Origin: Gammaproteobacteria bacterium
GTDB lineage: Bacteria > Pseudomonadota > Gammaproteobacteria > HTCC5015
Assembly: GCA_028284675.1 (NCBI GenBank)
Contig: JANQRI010000005.1
Location: 31,997 to 95,996, forward strand
DNA: 64,000 nucleotides
Direction of reading: 5' to 3'
Shown: piece by piece, positions 52,179 to 63,097 of the stretch
How the letters are laid out: every line of letters begins with the position of its first letter
Position numbering within the stretch: the first letter of the stretch is position 1
Notes under the pieces: model-generated
Databases searched by the model: none
What the model was told of the DNA's origin: nothing
What the model saw: only the letters and a program-made list of their open reading frames with translations
Made by a program: the position numbers and the translations under genes

Positions 52179-53911
52179 TGATGAAAATGCGAAATAACAA
52201 TACCCGCAACCACAGCCCCTTCAGGGGGCAGTTGATGCTGGTGCTGATAATGACGGGATTCGTTGTTCTGGCGTTGCGTGCGTATGATTTGCAGGTGTTG
52301 CGGGGAGACTTTTTAACTTTGCAGGGCGATGCCCGCCAACAACGGGTGATTAATGTGCCTGCGCATCGCGGTATGATTGTCGATCGTCATGGCGAGCCGT
52401 TGGCAGTCAGTACACCGGTTGATTCGATATGGGTCGACCCCAGCCGGTTTGTAATGGATAAAAAGGCACTGCGCGCGCTGGCCGGTAAGCTGAATATGAG
52501 TAGCGGTGTATTGCAGCGAAAAATATTACGCGACGATACCCGGGAGTTTGTTTATTTAAAGCGTCAGTTGCCGCCGGCAGTTGCACAGGATGTGATCACG
52601 GCAGGTTTATCCGGTGTGTTTCTGCAGCGCGAATACAAGCGTTATTACCCAACCGCAGAAGTGACTGCGCATCTGTTGGGCTTTACCGATATTGATGACC
52701 AGGGGCAGGAAGGTGTGGAGCTGGCTTATAATGACTGGTTGGCTGGAGGTGCCGGGCGTAAGCGCGTAATTCAGGACCGTCTGGGACGGGTTGTTGAAGA
52801 CCTGGAAAGTATAGAGCCTGCCCGTCCCGGTCAGGATTTGAAACTAAGCATCGACAAGCGTTTGCAGTACCTGACATACCGGGAGCTGAAGTCGGTGGTA
52901 CAACGCCATAAAGCGGTATCAGGCTCCGCGGTTATGTTAGACAGTTATAGCGGTGAAATTCTGGCAATTGCGAATCAGCCGGCTTTCAACCCGCACAAGC
53001 GTGAAGATTTGCGTGGTGAAAAATACCGTAATCGTGCGGTGACCGATGTGTTTGAGCCGGGCTCTACCGTCAAACCTTTTACGATTGCCGCTGCACTTGA
53101 AAATCGTTACATAAAGCGCGGCTCTAAAATTGATACCAGCCCTGGCTTTGTTAAGGTGGGCAGCTACACCATCAAAGACAATCGCAATCATGGTGTGTTG
53201 AGTATTGAGAGCATTATCAGCTTGTCCAGCAATGTTGGTGCAACGCGATTATCGTTGGGTATGCCGGCCAGTGCGTTATGGCATGTTTATAACCGTTTTG
53301 GGTTTGGTCGTACAACCGGTAGCGGTTTTCCGGGTGAATCAACCGGTTACTTAAATCATTTTGATCGTTGGAGCAAAGTAGAGCAGGCGACATTGTCTTA
53401 TGGCTATGGTCTCGCAACAACTGCATTGCAGTTGGCGCAGGCTTATAGTGTGATTGCCAATGGTGGTTATTCCCATCCGCTGACCTATATTGCCCGGCAG
53501 TCACCACCGGAGTCGGTTCGTGTTATCAGTGACGCAACTGCCGAGGCAATGCGTAAAATGCTGATAAGCGTTGTTGACGAAGGTGGCACCGGTCGTAAAG
53601 CGCATGTGCCGGGATACCGTATGGCCGGCAAGACAGGCACAGTTCGTAAATCCACTGCACACGGGTACTCGGAAGAAGAATATATTTCGTTGTTTGCCGG
53701 TCTTGGCCCGGTTAACGATCCCCGCCTGGTCGTGGTTGTGGTGATCGATCAGCCTGGCGGTGATGAGTATTATGGTGGGCAGGTAGCGGCTCCGGTTTTT
53801 TCAGCCATTATGGAGGATGCGTTACGAATACTGAATATCGCGCCGGATGATCCACGCAGCCTTTACGCGCGTAATCGCGAACCCGGTTCCGCTTCCGGAG
53901 ACCGCATATGA
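52178..53911 (+). CDS. ftsI: Peptidoglycan D,D-transpeptidase FtsI (PBP3)
   Basis: Carries the SxxK (GSTVKP), SxN (LSSNVG) and KTG (GKTGTV) motifs. It has an N-terminal TM and a TGATG overlap with ftsL. Confidence 0.95.
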   Translation: MMKMRNNNTRNHSPFRGQLMLVLIMTGFVVLALRAYDLQVLRGDFLTLQGDARQQRVINVPAHRGMIVDRHGEPLAVSTPVDSIWVDPSRFVMDKKALRALAGKLNMSSGVLQRKILRDDTREFVYLKRQLPPAVAQDVITAGLSGVFLQREYKRYYPTAEVTAHLLGFTDIDDQGQEGVELAYNDWLAGGAGRKRVIQDRLGRVVEDLESIEPARPGQDLKLSIDKRLQYLTYRELKSVVQRHKAVSGSAVMLDSYSGEILAIANQPAFNPHKREDLRGEKYRNRAVTDVFEPGSTVKPFTIAAALENRYIKRGSKIDTSPGFVKVGSYTIKDNRNHGVLSIESIISLSSNVGATRLSLGMPASALWHVYNRFGFGRTTGSGFPGESTGYLNHFDRWSKVEQATLSYGYGLATTALQLAQAYSVIANGGYSHPLTYIARQSPPESVRVISDATAEAMRKMLISVVDEGGTGRKAHVPGYRMAGKTGTVRKSTAHGYSEEEYISLFAGLGPVNDPRLVVVVVIDQPGGDEYYGGQVAAPVFSAIMEDALRILNIAPDDPRSLYARNREPGSASGDRI

Positions 53912-55455
53912 TGACCGCTGTATCCGGCCAGTCATTAATTTCGTTGAGCACATTGCTCGAAGGTTTGGTGGTGACTACCGCGAATACCGAGATTGGTATT
54001 GGCGGTCTGTGCCTGGATAACCGTAAGCTGAAAGCCGGCGATGCCTTTTTTGCGTTAAAAGGCACTGCGCAAAACGGTTTGACATTTGCGCATTCGGCAA
54101 TCACGCAAGGGGCCGCAGCTGTACTACATGAAACACCGGCAGACGAAGTTCTGCAGCAGCTTGCGCTCAGGCATGGCGTGCTGTTGATTCATGATACACA
54201 GTTACGCAAAAATCTTGGTCTGATTGCCAGTCGTTTTTATCACGAGCCCTCGAAAAGTATGCGCACGATTGGGGTAACCGGTACTGATGGCAAAACTTCT
54301 TTGTGTCATTTTATCGCGCAATGTTTGGCCAGGCTCGGTGCTGCGGATGATAAAACCTGTGGTGTTATCGGCACGCTTGGTAATGGCTTATACGGTGAGC
54401 TGGGCCCGGCCGGTCTGACAACACCTGATGCGGTTTCATTACAGGCTCTGCTCGCGGATATTCGTGACAAAGGTGCGTCATATGTGGCGATGGAGGCATC
54501 CTCACACGGTATTGACCAGCAACGAATCAATGGTGTGGATATGGATGTTGCGGTGTTAACCAATATTGGCCGGGATCACCTGGATTATCATAAAAATTTT
54601 AATGCCTATAAAGCTGCCAAACGTCAGCTTTTTATGATACCAAGTTTAACAACAGGAATTGTTAACTACAATGATCAGCTGGGGCAAGAGCTGCTTGCCG
54701 ATGCATCTATTAAGTATCCGTTGCGGGCTTTCGGTTTGAGTGAAGAGCGTGATTCGGGTTTTAAATTGATGAACCGGCAGCTTGAAGACTGGGTATTGGG
54801 GCGTGATCTGCAATTTGATGACAATGGTTTTGATCTGGAGGTGGTGACTCCCGATTCGGTCAGACGAATCAAATGCGGGCTGTTGGGGCGGTTTAATGTA
54901 AGCAATGTTTTGACCGTGATTGCGGTTTTGCGGTCACTGGGTTTTGAGTATGCAGACTTGATTGCTGCGGTTGAAGCATTACAGAGTGTCACAGGGCGCA
55001 TGCAGCCTGTTCATCGTCCCGGGTGGCCGGTAGCAGTGGTTGATTATGCGCACACACCGCAGGCATTGGGGGCGGCATTGCAGGCCGTGCGTCAGCACTT
55101 TAGTGGCAAGCTATGGTGCGTATTTGGATGCGGTGGTGATCGTGATCGCGGCAAGCGGGCACAAATGGGAAGTATAGCTGAGCAGTATGCGGATTATGTG
55201 ATCTTAACTGATGACAATCCCCGCCATGAAGCGGCGGAAGAGATTACCGATGCGATTGCCTTGGGTATGCGCTCTTCGGCGATGTGTGTACATGACCGGG
55301 CTGAAGCAATACGTGCCGCCTTACATACGGCGGAGCCGGGTGATTGTGTATTGGTTGCGGGTAAAGGGCATGAGGATTATCAACAGTTTGGTGATGACCG
55401 TGTTGAGTTTAATGACAGGGTCGTGATTGAGCGCATCATGCAGGAGGGGCAATGA
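53908..55455 (+). CDS. murE: UDP-N-acetylmuramoyl-L-alanyl-D-glutamate--2,6-diaminopimelate ligase
   Basis: P-loop GVTGTDGKTS and the DNPR motif (LTDDNPRHE) indicating meso-DAP specificity. ATGA overlap. Confidence 0.93.
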   Translation: MMTAVSGQSLISLSTLLEGLVVTTANTEIGIGGLCLDNRKLKAGDAFFALKGTAQNGLTFAHSAITQGAAAVLHETPADEVLQQLALRHGVLLIHDTQLRKNLGLIASRFYHEPSKSMRTIGVTGTDGKTSLCHFIAQCLARLGAADDKTCGVIGTLGNGLYGELGPAGLTTPDAVSLQALLADIRDKGASYVAMEASSHGIDQQRINGVDMDVAVLTNIGRDHLDYHKNFNAYKAAKRQLFMIPSLTTGIVNYNDQLGQELLADASIKYPLRAFGLSEERDSGFKLMNRQLEDWVLGRDLQFDDNGFDLEVVTPDSVRRIKCGLLGRFNVSNVLTVIAVLRSLGFEYADLIAAVEALQSVTGRMQPVHRPGWPVAVVDYAHTPQALGAALQAVRQHFSGKLWCVFGCGGDRDRGKRAQMGSIAEQYADYVILTDDNPRHEAAEEITDAIALGMRSSAMCVHDRAEAIRAALHTAEPGDCVLVAGKGHEDYQQFGDDRVEFNDRVVIERIMQEGQ

Positions 55456-56870
55456 ATCAATTGCAACTCAGCGAGATTGCGAATGTTTTGCAAGGGCGTC
55501 TGGTGGGTACCAATGCAACGATGCAAACCGTTAGCATTGATACTCGCAATATACAGCCGGGAGATCTGTATATTGCGATTCAGGGCGAACGCTATGATGG
55601 GCATGATTTTAGCGCGGACGCCGTTGCAAAAGGCGCAGCTGCATTGATGGTGCAGCATCAACAGCCGGTTGCGGTACCGCAGATCATTGTGGGTGATACC
55701 CGTAAAGCTCTGGGGCAACTGGCAAAACACTGGCGTTTACAGTACGACATACCGGTATTGGCAGTGACCGGAAGTAACGGTAAGACCACAGTCAAGGAAA
55801 TGCTTGCATCAATTTTAAACGGTATGCAACCAACGCTGGTTACCTCAGGCAATTTGAATAATGAAATCGGTGTTCCGTTAACATTGTTGCGGCTTAGAGA
55901 TTCACACCGTTATGCAGTTGTCGAGCTGGGTGCAAATCACCCGGGAGAGATTCGCTATTTGGCCGGGTTGGCATTACCCAGCAGTGCTTTGATCACTAAT
56001 GCCGGGCCGGCGCACCTGGAAGGTTTTGGAAGTATTAACGGTGTTGCGCATGCGAAAGCCGAAATTTTTGAACCGCTGGGCCCTGAGCAAACAGCGGTTG
56101 TTAATGCCGACGATAAATATGCACCGTTATGGCGTGAGCTGACCGCGCAATGTAAACGTATCGAGTTTGGTTTGAATTTCGATGCGGTGGATGTGGGCGG
56201 TGTTTATACATCCGGCGAAAATCTTTTGCAGATAAAAACGGCCGATGGCACTTGTGAGGTTCAGCTGCCGGTTATGGGTAAACACAATGCGCGCAATGCG
56301 TTGGCGGCTGCAGCTATGGCGCTTACGGTCGGTGCGGATTTGAGCGATATAAAACAAGGTTTGGAGCGTATGCGTCCGGTTAAATCGCGCTTACACCCGC
56401 GGGCCGGGATTAAAGGCCTGCATATTCTTGATGATTCTTATAATGCCAATCCCGCGTCGCTGGAAGCTGCATTGGAAGTTGTGGCTGCAATGCCGGGAGA
56501 AGCCTGGTTGATATTGGGGGATATGCTGGAGCTGGGGGATGATGCCGAGCGGGTGCATGCCGAAATAGGTGGTCTGGCAAAACGCAATGGTATCAGCAGG
56601 CTGTTTACTCTCGGAAAACTCAGTGCATTGGCCGCCCAGAGTTTTGGGCCCGATGCGAAAGCGTTTAGTGATGTGAAATTGCTTACGCAGGCAGTGCTCA
56701 CAGCAGCGCGCCCAAAAATAAATGTGCTGATAAAGGGTTCGCGCAGTATGCGTATGGAAAAGGTTGTAGCCGCGCTGCTCGATTCGGGTTCCGCCGGTGC
56801 TGCCGGCATCAACGCCGAGAGTCCGACTCAATCCGCGGTGGCATCAAACCATGATGGGGATAAACTATGA
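55452..56870 (+). CDS. murF: UDP-N-acetylmuramoyl-tripeptide--D-alanyl-D-alanine ligase
   Basis: P-loop [10 protein letters not shown] and DDSYNANP. It has a ~20-aa C-terminal extension relative to my recollection of E. coli MurF. Confidence 0.93.
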   Translation: MNQLQLSEIANVLQGRLVGTNATMQTVSIDTRNIQPGDLYIAIQGERYDGHDFSADAVAKGAAALMVQHQQPVAVPQIIVGDTRKALGQLAKHWRLQYDIPVLAVTGSNGKTTVKEMLASILNGMQPTLVTSGNLNNEIGVPLTLLRLRDSHRYAVVELGANHPGEIRYLAGLALPSSALITNAGPAHLEGFGSINGVAHAKAEIFEPLGPEQTAVVNADDKYAPLWRELTAQCKRIEFGLNFDAVDVGGVYTSGENLLQIKTADGTCEVQLPVMGKHNARNALAAAAMALTVGADLSDIKQGLERMRPVKSRLHPRAGIKGLHILDDSYNANPASLEAALEVVAAMPGEAWLILGDMLELGDDAERVHAEIGGLAKRNGISRLFTLGKLSALAAQSFGPDAKAFSDVKLLTQAVLTAARPKINVLIKGSRSMRMEKVVAALLDSGSAGAAGINAESPTQSAVASNHDGDKL

Positions 56871-57949
56871 TTTTGTATCTGACCGAGTGGCTGCAGCAGT
56901 TTCATTCCGGTTTTAGTGCATTTCAGTCATTGATTTTGCGCAGCATATGCGGTGCGCTGACCGCGCTGTTTATTTCATTTATTGTCGGACCGCATATGAT
57001 TCGCTGGCTAAGTGTTTATAACATTGGTCAGAGTGTAAGAGATGACGGCCCGCAGACACATTTATCAAAAACAGGTACGCCGACGATGGGAGGCGCGTTG
57101 ATACTGGTTGCGGTTATCAGCAGCACTTTGTTGTGGACCGATCTGAGTAATCGCCATATGTGGGTTGTGATTGTTGTAACCATCCTGTTTGGTGCCATCG
57201 GTTGGGTGGATGATTACAAAAAACTTGCGTTACGTAATTCCAAAGGTCTGTCAGCAAAGGCTAAATATTTTTGGCAGTCGGTGATCGCACTGGCTGTTGC
57301 ATTTTTTCTTTTTTATACTGCTCAAACGGCCAGTGAAACCACATTGCTTGTGCCGATTTTTAAAAATATAACCTATGAATTAGGCTGGCTTTTTATTCCG
57401 TTTACCTACTGTGTAATTGTCGGTACCAGTAATTCGGTTAATCTTGCTGATGGGCTTGATGGGTTGGCGATATTGCCGTGTGTGTTGATCGCGGGTGGGC
57501 TGGCGGTTTTTGCATATGCTGCCGGCAATATCAATTTTTCAACATATCTTAATATTCCCTATGTTGCCGGGGTTGGGGAATTAATCATATTTTGCGGGGC
57601 GCTGATGGGTGCCGGTTTGGGGTTCCTGTGGTTTAACGCTTATCCGGCGCAGGTGTTTATGGGCGATATCGGTGCATTGGCACTGGGGGCCGCATTGAGC
57701 GTTATTGCGGTGCTGGTCAGGCAGGAACTGGTTTTATTTGTTATGGGTGGCATTTTTGTATTGGAGGCAGTATCCGTCATTCTGCAGGTTGCATCATTTA
57801 AGCTGACCGGCCGCAGAATTTTTCATATGGCGCCACTGCATCATCATTATGAACTAAAAGGCTGGCCGGAACCGCGGGTAATTGTGCGTTTTTGGATTAT
57901 TACCGTGATTTTGGTTTTGGTTGGTCTGGCGACTTTAAAGATACGTTGA
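56867..57949 (+). CDS. mraY: Phospho-N-acetylmuramoyl-pentapeptide-transferase
   Basis: 360-aa polytopic protein with [13 protein letters not shown] and HHHYE motifs. Confidence 0.95.
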   Translation: MILYLTEWLQQFHSGFSAFQSLILRSICGALTALFISFIVGPHMIRWLSVYNIGQSVRDDGPQTHLSKTGTPTMGGALILVAVISSTLLWTDLSNRHMWVVIVVTILFGAIGWVDDYKKLALRNSKGLSAKAKYFWQSVIALAVAFFLFYTAQTASETTLLVPIFKNITYELGWLFIPFTYCVIVGTSNSVNLADGLDGLAILPCVLIAGGLAVFAYAAGNINFSTYLNIPYVAGVGELIIFCGALMGAGLGFLWFNAYPAQVFMGDIGALALGAALSVIAVLVRQELVLFVMGGIFVLEAVSVILQVASFKLTGRRIFHMAPLHHHYELKGWPEPRVIVRFWIITVILVLVGLATLKIR

Positions 57950-57950
57950 A

Positions 57951-59306
57951 ATGCAAATGGCTGCACAGGAAACCGCTTTGTCGACAACACTGATCGTAGG
58001 CATGGGTGTCACCGGGCTGTCGTGCGCGCGTTTTTTACAACGCCATGGGGTACCGTGGCAGATAATCGATAGTCGCTTAACCCCGCCGTTACTGCAGCAG
58101 TTTCAAAATGAATTCCCCGGCCAGACTGCAACGCTTGGTTCTTTTCAGGATACAGCTTTGCACGGAATTCAAACATTGTTATTGAGTCCCGGCATACCCA
58201 GGCGGCATCCGTTTGTGCAATTGGCTTTAAGTAAAGGTGTCGAGGTTATCGGGGATATTGAATTATTCTGCCGTTATGCCGCAGCACCGATAATCGCGAT
58301 TACCGGTTCCAATGGTAAAAGCACGGTCACAACCCTGGTCGGAGAGATATTGCGCAGTTCAGGTAAAGCCGTTGCGGTGGGTGGTAACTTAGGTATTGCA
58401 GCGTTGGATTTATTAAGTGAACCATTGCCGGATTTTTATGTGTTGGAACTTTCCAGTTTTCAGCTTGAGTTGACTGAAAGCCTGACCGCGCATGCGGCGG
58501 TTGTACTGAATATCAGTGAAGACCATATGGACAGATACTCCGCAATAGCGGAGTACGTTGACAGCAAGGCCCGGATCTATCGTGATGCGGCAAATTGCAT
58601 TGTTAACAAAGACGATGCACGGGTGATGCAGATGAACATGCCGGCTAAAGCGCGGCTTACGTGTTTTAGTGCCGATGAACCGGCTAATGATGAATTTGGT
58701 GTTTGTATTGATGATGGGCGACGCTGGTTGGCATATGGGGAGCGGTTGTTGTTGCCGGCTGACGAAATGAAATTGCAGGGAAATCATAATTGTCTAAACG
58801 CATTAGCCGCAATGGCATTGACGCAAGCTGCCGGAGTACCACCGGAAGAGGCATTGTCTGCGGTTAAGGAGTTCAGTGGTTTGCCACATCGCTGCCAATT
58901 AGTGGTAAAGCATGCCGGTGTATGTTGGATTAATGATTCCAAAGCCACCAATGTCGGTGCGGCGGAAGCGGCGATTCAAAGCATTGATACACCACTCATA
59001 TTAATTGCGGGGGGTGACGGTAAAGGCGCGGATTTCACTCATTTGCGTAAAGCAGTTTCACGCACCACACATACAGTGATTTTATTCGGACGGGATGCAG
59101 CTCTACTGGAGGCTGCATTGTGTGATATCAGTCGTTGTATTCTGGTGGCCGATATGCAGCAGGCTGTTACGCAGGCGGCGCATCTGGCGCGATCCGGAGA
59201 CACGGTATTACTTGCACCGGCCTGCTCAAGCCTGGATATGTATAAAGACTATCAGGCGCGCGGCGACGAATTTATCAAATATGTCAAACAGGTGGTCGTG
59301 CAATGA
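57951..59306 (+). CDS. murD: UDP-N-acetylmuramoylalanine--D-glutamate ligase
   Basis: P-loop AITGSNGKST and NDSKATN. Confidence 0.93.
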   Translation: MQMAAQETALSTTLIVGMGVTGLSCARFLQRHGVPWQIIDSRLTPPLLQQFQNEFPGQTATLGSFQDTALHGIQTLLLSPGIPRRHPFVQLALSKGVEVIGDIELFCRYAAAPIIAITGSNGKSTVTTLVGEILRSSGKAVAVGGNLGIAALDLLSEPLPDFYVLELSSFQLELTESLTAHAAVVLNISEDHMDRYSAIAEYVDSKARIYRDAANCIVNKDDARVMQMNMPAKARLTCFSADEPANDEFGVCIDDGRRWLAYGERLLLPADEMKLQGNHNCLNALAAMALTQAAGVPPEEALSAVKEFSGLPHRCQLVVKHAGVCWINDSKATNVGAAEAAIQSIDTPLILIAGGDGKGADFTHLRKAVSRTTHTVILFGRDAALLEAALCDISRCILVADMQQAVTQAAHLARSGDTVLLAPACSSLDMYKDYQARGDEFIKYVKQVVVQ

Positions 59307-60568
59307 GCGCAGTACACGCATTGCAGGGTTTGTTAAGAAAAGCCGCACCGGTAAAAACTGAGGTTTCAGGTATCGACATCGACAGGGTTTTATTGTTATG
59401 CATGTTGATATTGCTGAGCCTTGGTCTTGTGATGGTTAGCTCTGCTTCCGTGACAATTGCTGATAAACAACTGGGAGATCCATTTTATTTTACCCGGCGC
59501 CAAATCAGTTTTGTTGGGCTGGGATTGTTGTTTGCAGTATTCGTGCAACGAATTCGTTTGGTGCATTGGGAAAAATCCGGAATGGCGCTGGTGCTGTTTG
59601 CGTTTTTCCTGCTTTTACTGGTGTTATTGCCCGGCATGGGGCGTACCGTAAACGGTGCAACCCGCTGGCTGGAGCTGGGTGTAATTGGGTTGCAGGTATC
59701 CGAGCCCGCTCGCCTGTTGTTACTGATTTATCTGGCCGGATATCTTGTACGCAGGCAAAACGAAGTGCGTGCCTCATTTAAGGGTTTCATCAAGCCAGTT
59801 GCAGTGCTGGGGCTTGCCTGCATGTTCATACTTGCACAACCTGATTTTGGTTCCGGTGTTGTATTGCTGCTGACCTGTTTGGGAATGATGTTTCTGGCCG
59901 GCGTTCAGCTGTGGCGGTTTGCAATACTGTTGTTTGCGATGGCAGGTGTGCTGGCGGTGCTGGCAGTATCCTCTCCTTACCGTTTGCAGCGCCTGACTAC
60001 ATTTCTTGATCCCTGGGCAGATCCATACAACAGTGGATTTCAACTGACGCAGTCTTTAATTGCATTTGGCAGTGGCGGCTGGCAGGGCGTGGGTTTGGGA
60101 GCCAGTGTGCAGAAACTCTTTTATTTGCCCGAAGCGCATAACGATTTTTTGTTTGCAATTCTGGCTGAGGAACTCGGTCTGATTGGTGTGCATATTGTGA
60201 TTTTGTTATTCGCTTTGTTGGTCTGGCGGATTATCAGAATTGCGATGGCGGCAAAACACGAAGGTCATTTATTTGGTGCATACCTGGCCTATGGTATCGG
60301 TTTATGGGTTGCGATTCAGACGATCATAAACCTGGGGGTTAATATGGGTATATTGCCGACCAAAGGGTTAACGCTGCCATTGATCAGCGCCGGTGGCAGC
60401 AGCCTTCTGGTTATGTGTACCGCACTGGGGCTGGTATTACGGGTTCACCAGGAAGTTATGTTGACGCAAAGCCAGGCTTTACGAAAATCAGCACGTAAAC
60501 CAAAGAGTAAGCCGAAAAAGCCAAAAAGCCGTTCTGCGGCCAAAACCAAAAAGGCACGTAATGCATAG
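59303..60568 (+). CDS. ftsW: Peptidoglycan glycosyltransferase FtsW (SEDS family) with Lys-rich C-terminal tail
   Basis: Ten-TM SEDS layout with PEAHNDFLFA and GLTLPLISAGGSS. It sits between murD and murG. Confidence 0.93.
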   Translation: MSAVHALQGLLRKAAPVKTEVSGIDIDRVLLLCMLILLSLGLVMVSSASVTIADKQLGDPFYFTRRQISFVGLGLLFAVFVQRIRLVHWEKSGMALVLFAFFLLLLVLLPGMGRTVNGATRWLELGVIGLQVSEPARLLLLIYLAGYLVRRQNEVRASFKGFIKPVAVLGLACMFILAQPDFGSGVVLLLTCLGMMFLAGVQLWRFAILLFAMAGVLAVLAVSSPYRLQRLTTFLDPWADPYNSGFQLTQSLIAFGSGGWQGVGLGASVQKLFYLPEAHNDFLFAILAEELGLIGVHIVILLFALLVWRIIRIAMAAKHEGHLFGAYLAYGIGLWVAIQTIINLGVNMGILPTKGLTLPLISAGGSSLLVMCTALGLVLRVHQEVMLTQSQALRKSARKPKSKPKKPKSRSAAKTKKARNA

Positions 60569-61652
60569 CGATAATAGACCGGTATTGATTATGGCCGGTG
60601 GAACCGGCGGGCATGTGTATCCGGCACTGGCGGTTGCAAGGGCATTGCTTGCGCGTGATGTGCCTGTGGTTTGGCTCGGAACACGAAAAGGGCTGGAGGC
60701 ACGCGTGGTGCCGGAATCGGGTATTCCGGTTAAATGGATTACGGTATCGGGGTTGCGCAAAAAACGTATTTGGAATTTATTGTTTGCGCCCTTAACACTG
60801 TTATATGCCTGTCTGCAATCAGCCACAGTGATCGCGAGTATCAGGCCGCGCCTGGTTTTGGGGATGGGTGGATTTGTTGCCGGGCCCGGTGGGCTTGTAT
60901 CCAAAATAATGCATAAACCGCTGGTTATACATGAGCAAAATGCGATTGCCGGATTAACCAACCGCATATTGGCGCGCATGGCCAACTCCGTATTACAGGC
61001 ATTTCCGAATACGTTTAAGAATAACGTAAATGCTTACCATACCGGGAATCCTGTGCGGGAGGATATTTGGGCATTGCCGGAACCATCAGCGCGTATGGCT
61101 GAACGGCAGGGGCGCTTACGTTTGTTGATAATCGGCGGCAGTCTTGGAGCCCGGTTTTTGAACGAGCTGGTGCCAAAAGCAATTTATACGATGCCCTCGG
61201 GAATGTGGCCGGAAATCTACCATCAAGCAGGACAGATGCATATCGACTCAGCACGCAGCACATATACAAAGCTGGGTGTTGAGGCGGAGGTGCATCCTTT
61301 TATCGAAGATATGGCCAGCGCTTATGCATGGGCAGACCTGGTTGTATGCCGCTCCGGTGCGATGACCGTTGCAGAGCTGGCGGCTGCCGGCCTGCCTTCC
61401 ATATTAGTTCCATACCCGCATGCTGTTGATGATCATCAGACCGCTAATGGTCGTTATCTGGAGGAGCAAGGTGCGGCAATAATAGGTTCTGAATCAGAGT
61501 TAACTGCGGAGCAGCTCGGGGACTGGTTAAGTGAGCTGACAGTTGATCGTCAGCGTTTATTGCAAATGGCAAACTGCGCCCGGCGTTTGGCGCGGCCGGA
61601 AGCAACCCAGCTGGTTGTGCGTGAATGCCTTGCCGTGGCAGAGAGCTTTTGA
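60561..61652 (+). CDS. murG: UDP-N-acetylglucosamine--N-acetylmuramyl-(pentapeptide) pyrophosphoryl-undecaprenol GlcNAc transferase
   Basis: Motifs IMAGGTGGHVYPALAVA and SGAMTVAELAAAGLPSILVP. Confidence 0.95.
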   Translation: MHSDNRPVLIMAGGTGGHVYPALAVARALLARDVPVVWLGTRKGLEARVVPESGIPVKWITVSGLRKKRIWNLLFAPLTLLYACLQSATVIASIRPRLVLGMGGFVAGPGGLVSKIMHKPLVIHEQNAIAGLTNRILARMANSVLQAFPNTFKNNVNAYHTGNPVREDIWALPEPSARMAERQGRLRLLIIGGSLGARFLNELVPKAIYTMPSGMWPEIYHQAGQMHIDSARSTYTKLGVEAEVHPFIEDMASAYAWADLVVCRSGAMTVAELAAAGLPSILVPYPHAVDDHQTANGRYLEEQGAAIIGSESELTAEQLGDWLSELTVDRQRLLQMANCARRLARPEATQLVVRECLAVAESF

Positions 61653-61654
61653 TA

Positions 61655-63097
61655 ATGGCTGACAGCAATACAAGCACCGGGCAGATCTGGCGTAATCCAA
61701 TGCGACGCATTAAATGCGTGCATTTTGTTGGTATAGCCGGAGCAGGCATGTCCGGAATTGCGGAGGTAATGCTGAACCTGGGTTATCAGGTCAGTGGTTC
61801 TGATTTGTCTGTGAATACAACCACTGATCGTTTGCAACAGCATGGTGCGACAATATTTCAGGGGCATGCCGCTGCGAATGTAACCCAGGCCGATGTGGTT
61901 GTTACATCCACCGCAATCGCAAAAGATAATCCGGAAGTCAGTGAGGCATTAAAGATGCGTATTCCGGTAGTACCACGCGCAGGCATGCTTGCTGAGCTGA
62001 TGCGGTTTCGCCAGGGGGTTGCGGTTGCCGGCACACATGGCAAAACCACGACGACCAGCATGGTGGCCAGTTTGTTGGCGGCCGGTGGTCTGGACCCGAC
62101 TTTTGTGATCGGTGGCCGGTTGAATAATGCTGCTGCGCACGGGCAACTAGGGCAGGGTGATTATCTGGTGGCCGAAGCCGATGAAAGCGATGCCTCTTTT
62201 TTGTATCTGCAGCCTGTGATTGCGATAGTGACCAATATTGATGCTGACCATCTGAGTACTTATGAAGGTGATTTTAACCGCCTGCGCGATGCATTTAAAG
62301 AATTTCTGCATCATTTGCCTTTTTATGGTCTTGCGGTTTTGTGTATTGATAATCCGGTCGTGCGTGATTTACTGCCGGAGATTAACCGCCCGGTATTAAC
62401 CTATGGGATCGGTGAATTGGGAGACGTGCGCGCCACCGCAATTCATACCGATGCCGGGAGCAGTCGCTTTACTGTGCAGTTACCGGATGTGGAAAAAGCT
62501 TTTGAAGTACAGATGAGTGTGCCGGGCAGACACAATGTACAAAATGCGCTGGCGGCAATAACAGTTGCGAATGAGCTGGGTGTGCCGGTACCTGTTATGC
62601 AGGAGGCATTGTCTGCTTTTGCCGGAATCGGTCGTCGTTTTCAGCGTTACGGTACGCTGAAAATAAAGGCCGGCCAGGTGGAGTTAATTGATGATTACGG
62701 TCATCATCCCAGTGAGATTCAGGCAACCGTCACAGCGGTCCGTGAAAGCTGGCCTAAAAGGCGTTTGGTTGTTGCATTTCAACCACATCGCTATAGCCGG
62801 ACACGTGATCTTCTGGATGATTTTGCTGCGGTGTTAAGCGAAGTAGATGTGCTTTGTCTTTGTGAAGTCTATCCGGCGGGTGAAAAACCGATTCCGGATG
62901 CGGATGGGCGTGCGTTAAGCAAGGCGATACGCGCACATCGGAAAGTAAGTCCTGTGTTTGTAAAAGACATTAATAAATTACCTGAAAAGTTAAGCGCCTT
63001 ATTATCCGATGACGATATTCTATTGACGTTGGGGGCCGGTAATATTGGTGCGATAGCGGCGAAGCTACCGGCATATTTGCAGAAGGGGGCAGTGTGA
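61655..63097 (+). CDS. murC: UDP-N-acetylmuramate--L-alanine ligase
   Basis: Motifs HFVGIAGAGMSGIAEV and P-loop AGTHGKTTTT. ATG 61655 lies just after the murG stop. The ORF track starts at 61625, inside murG. Confidence 0.93.
   Translation: MADSNTSTGQIWRNPMRRIKCVHFVGIAGAGMSGIAEVMLNLGYQVSGSDLSVNTTTDRLQQHGATIFQGHAAANVTQADVVVTSTAIAKDNPEVSEALKMRIPVVPRAGMLAELMRFRQGVAVAGTHGKTTTTSMVASLLAAGGLDPTFVIGGRLNNAAAHGQLGQGDYLVAEADESDASFLYLQPVIAIVTNIDADHLSTYEGDFNRLRDAFKEFLHHLPFYGLAVLCIDNPVVRDLLPEINRPVLTYGIGELGDVRATAIHTDAGSSRFTVQLPDVEKAFEVQMSVPGRHNVQNALAAITVANELGVPVPVMQEALSAFAGIGRRFQRYGTLKIKAGQVELIDDYGHHPSEIQATVTAVRESWPKRRLVVAFQPHRYSRTRDLLDDFAAVLSEVDVLCLCEVYPAGEKPIPDADGRALSKAIRAHRKVSPVFVKDINKLPEKLSALLSDDDILLTLGAGNIGAIAAKLPAYLQKGAV

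Noticed and set aside
51649-52209. 186-aa minus-strand ORF across rsmH and ftsL. Similar long antisense ORFs occur at 3307-3792, 11595-12077, 47468-47953, 48676-49158 and 60488-60985.
   Set aside because: Each is antisense to a confidently identified conserved gene, and none has a motif.
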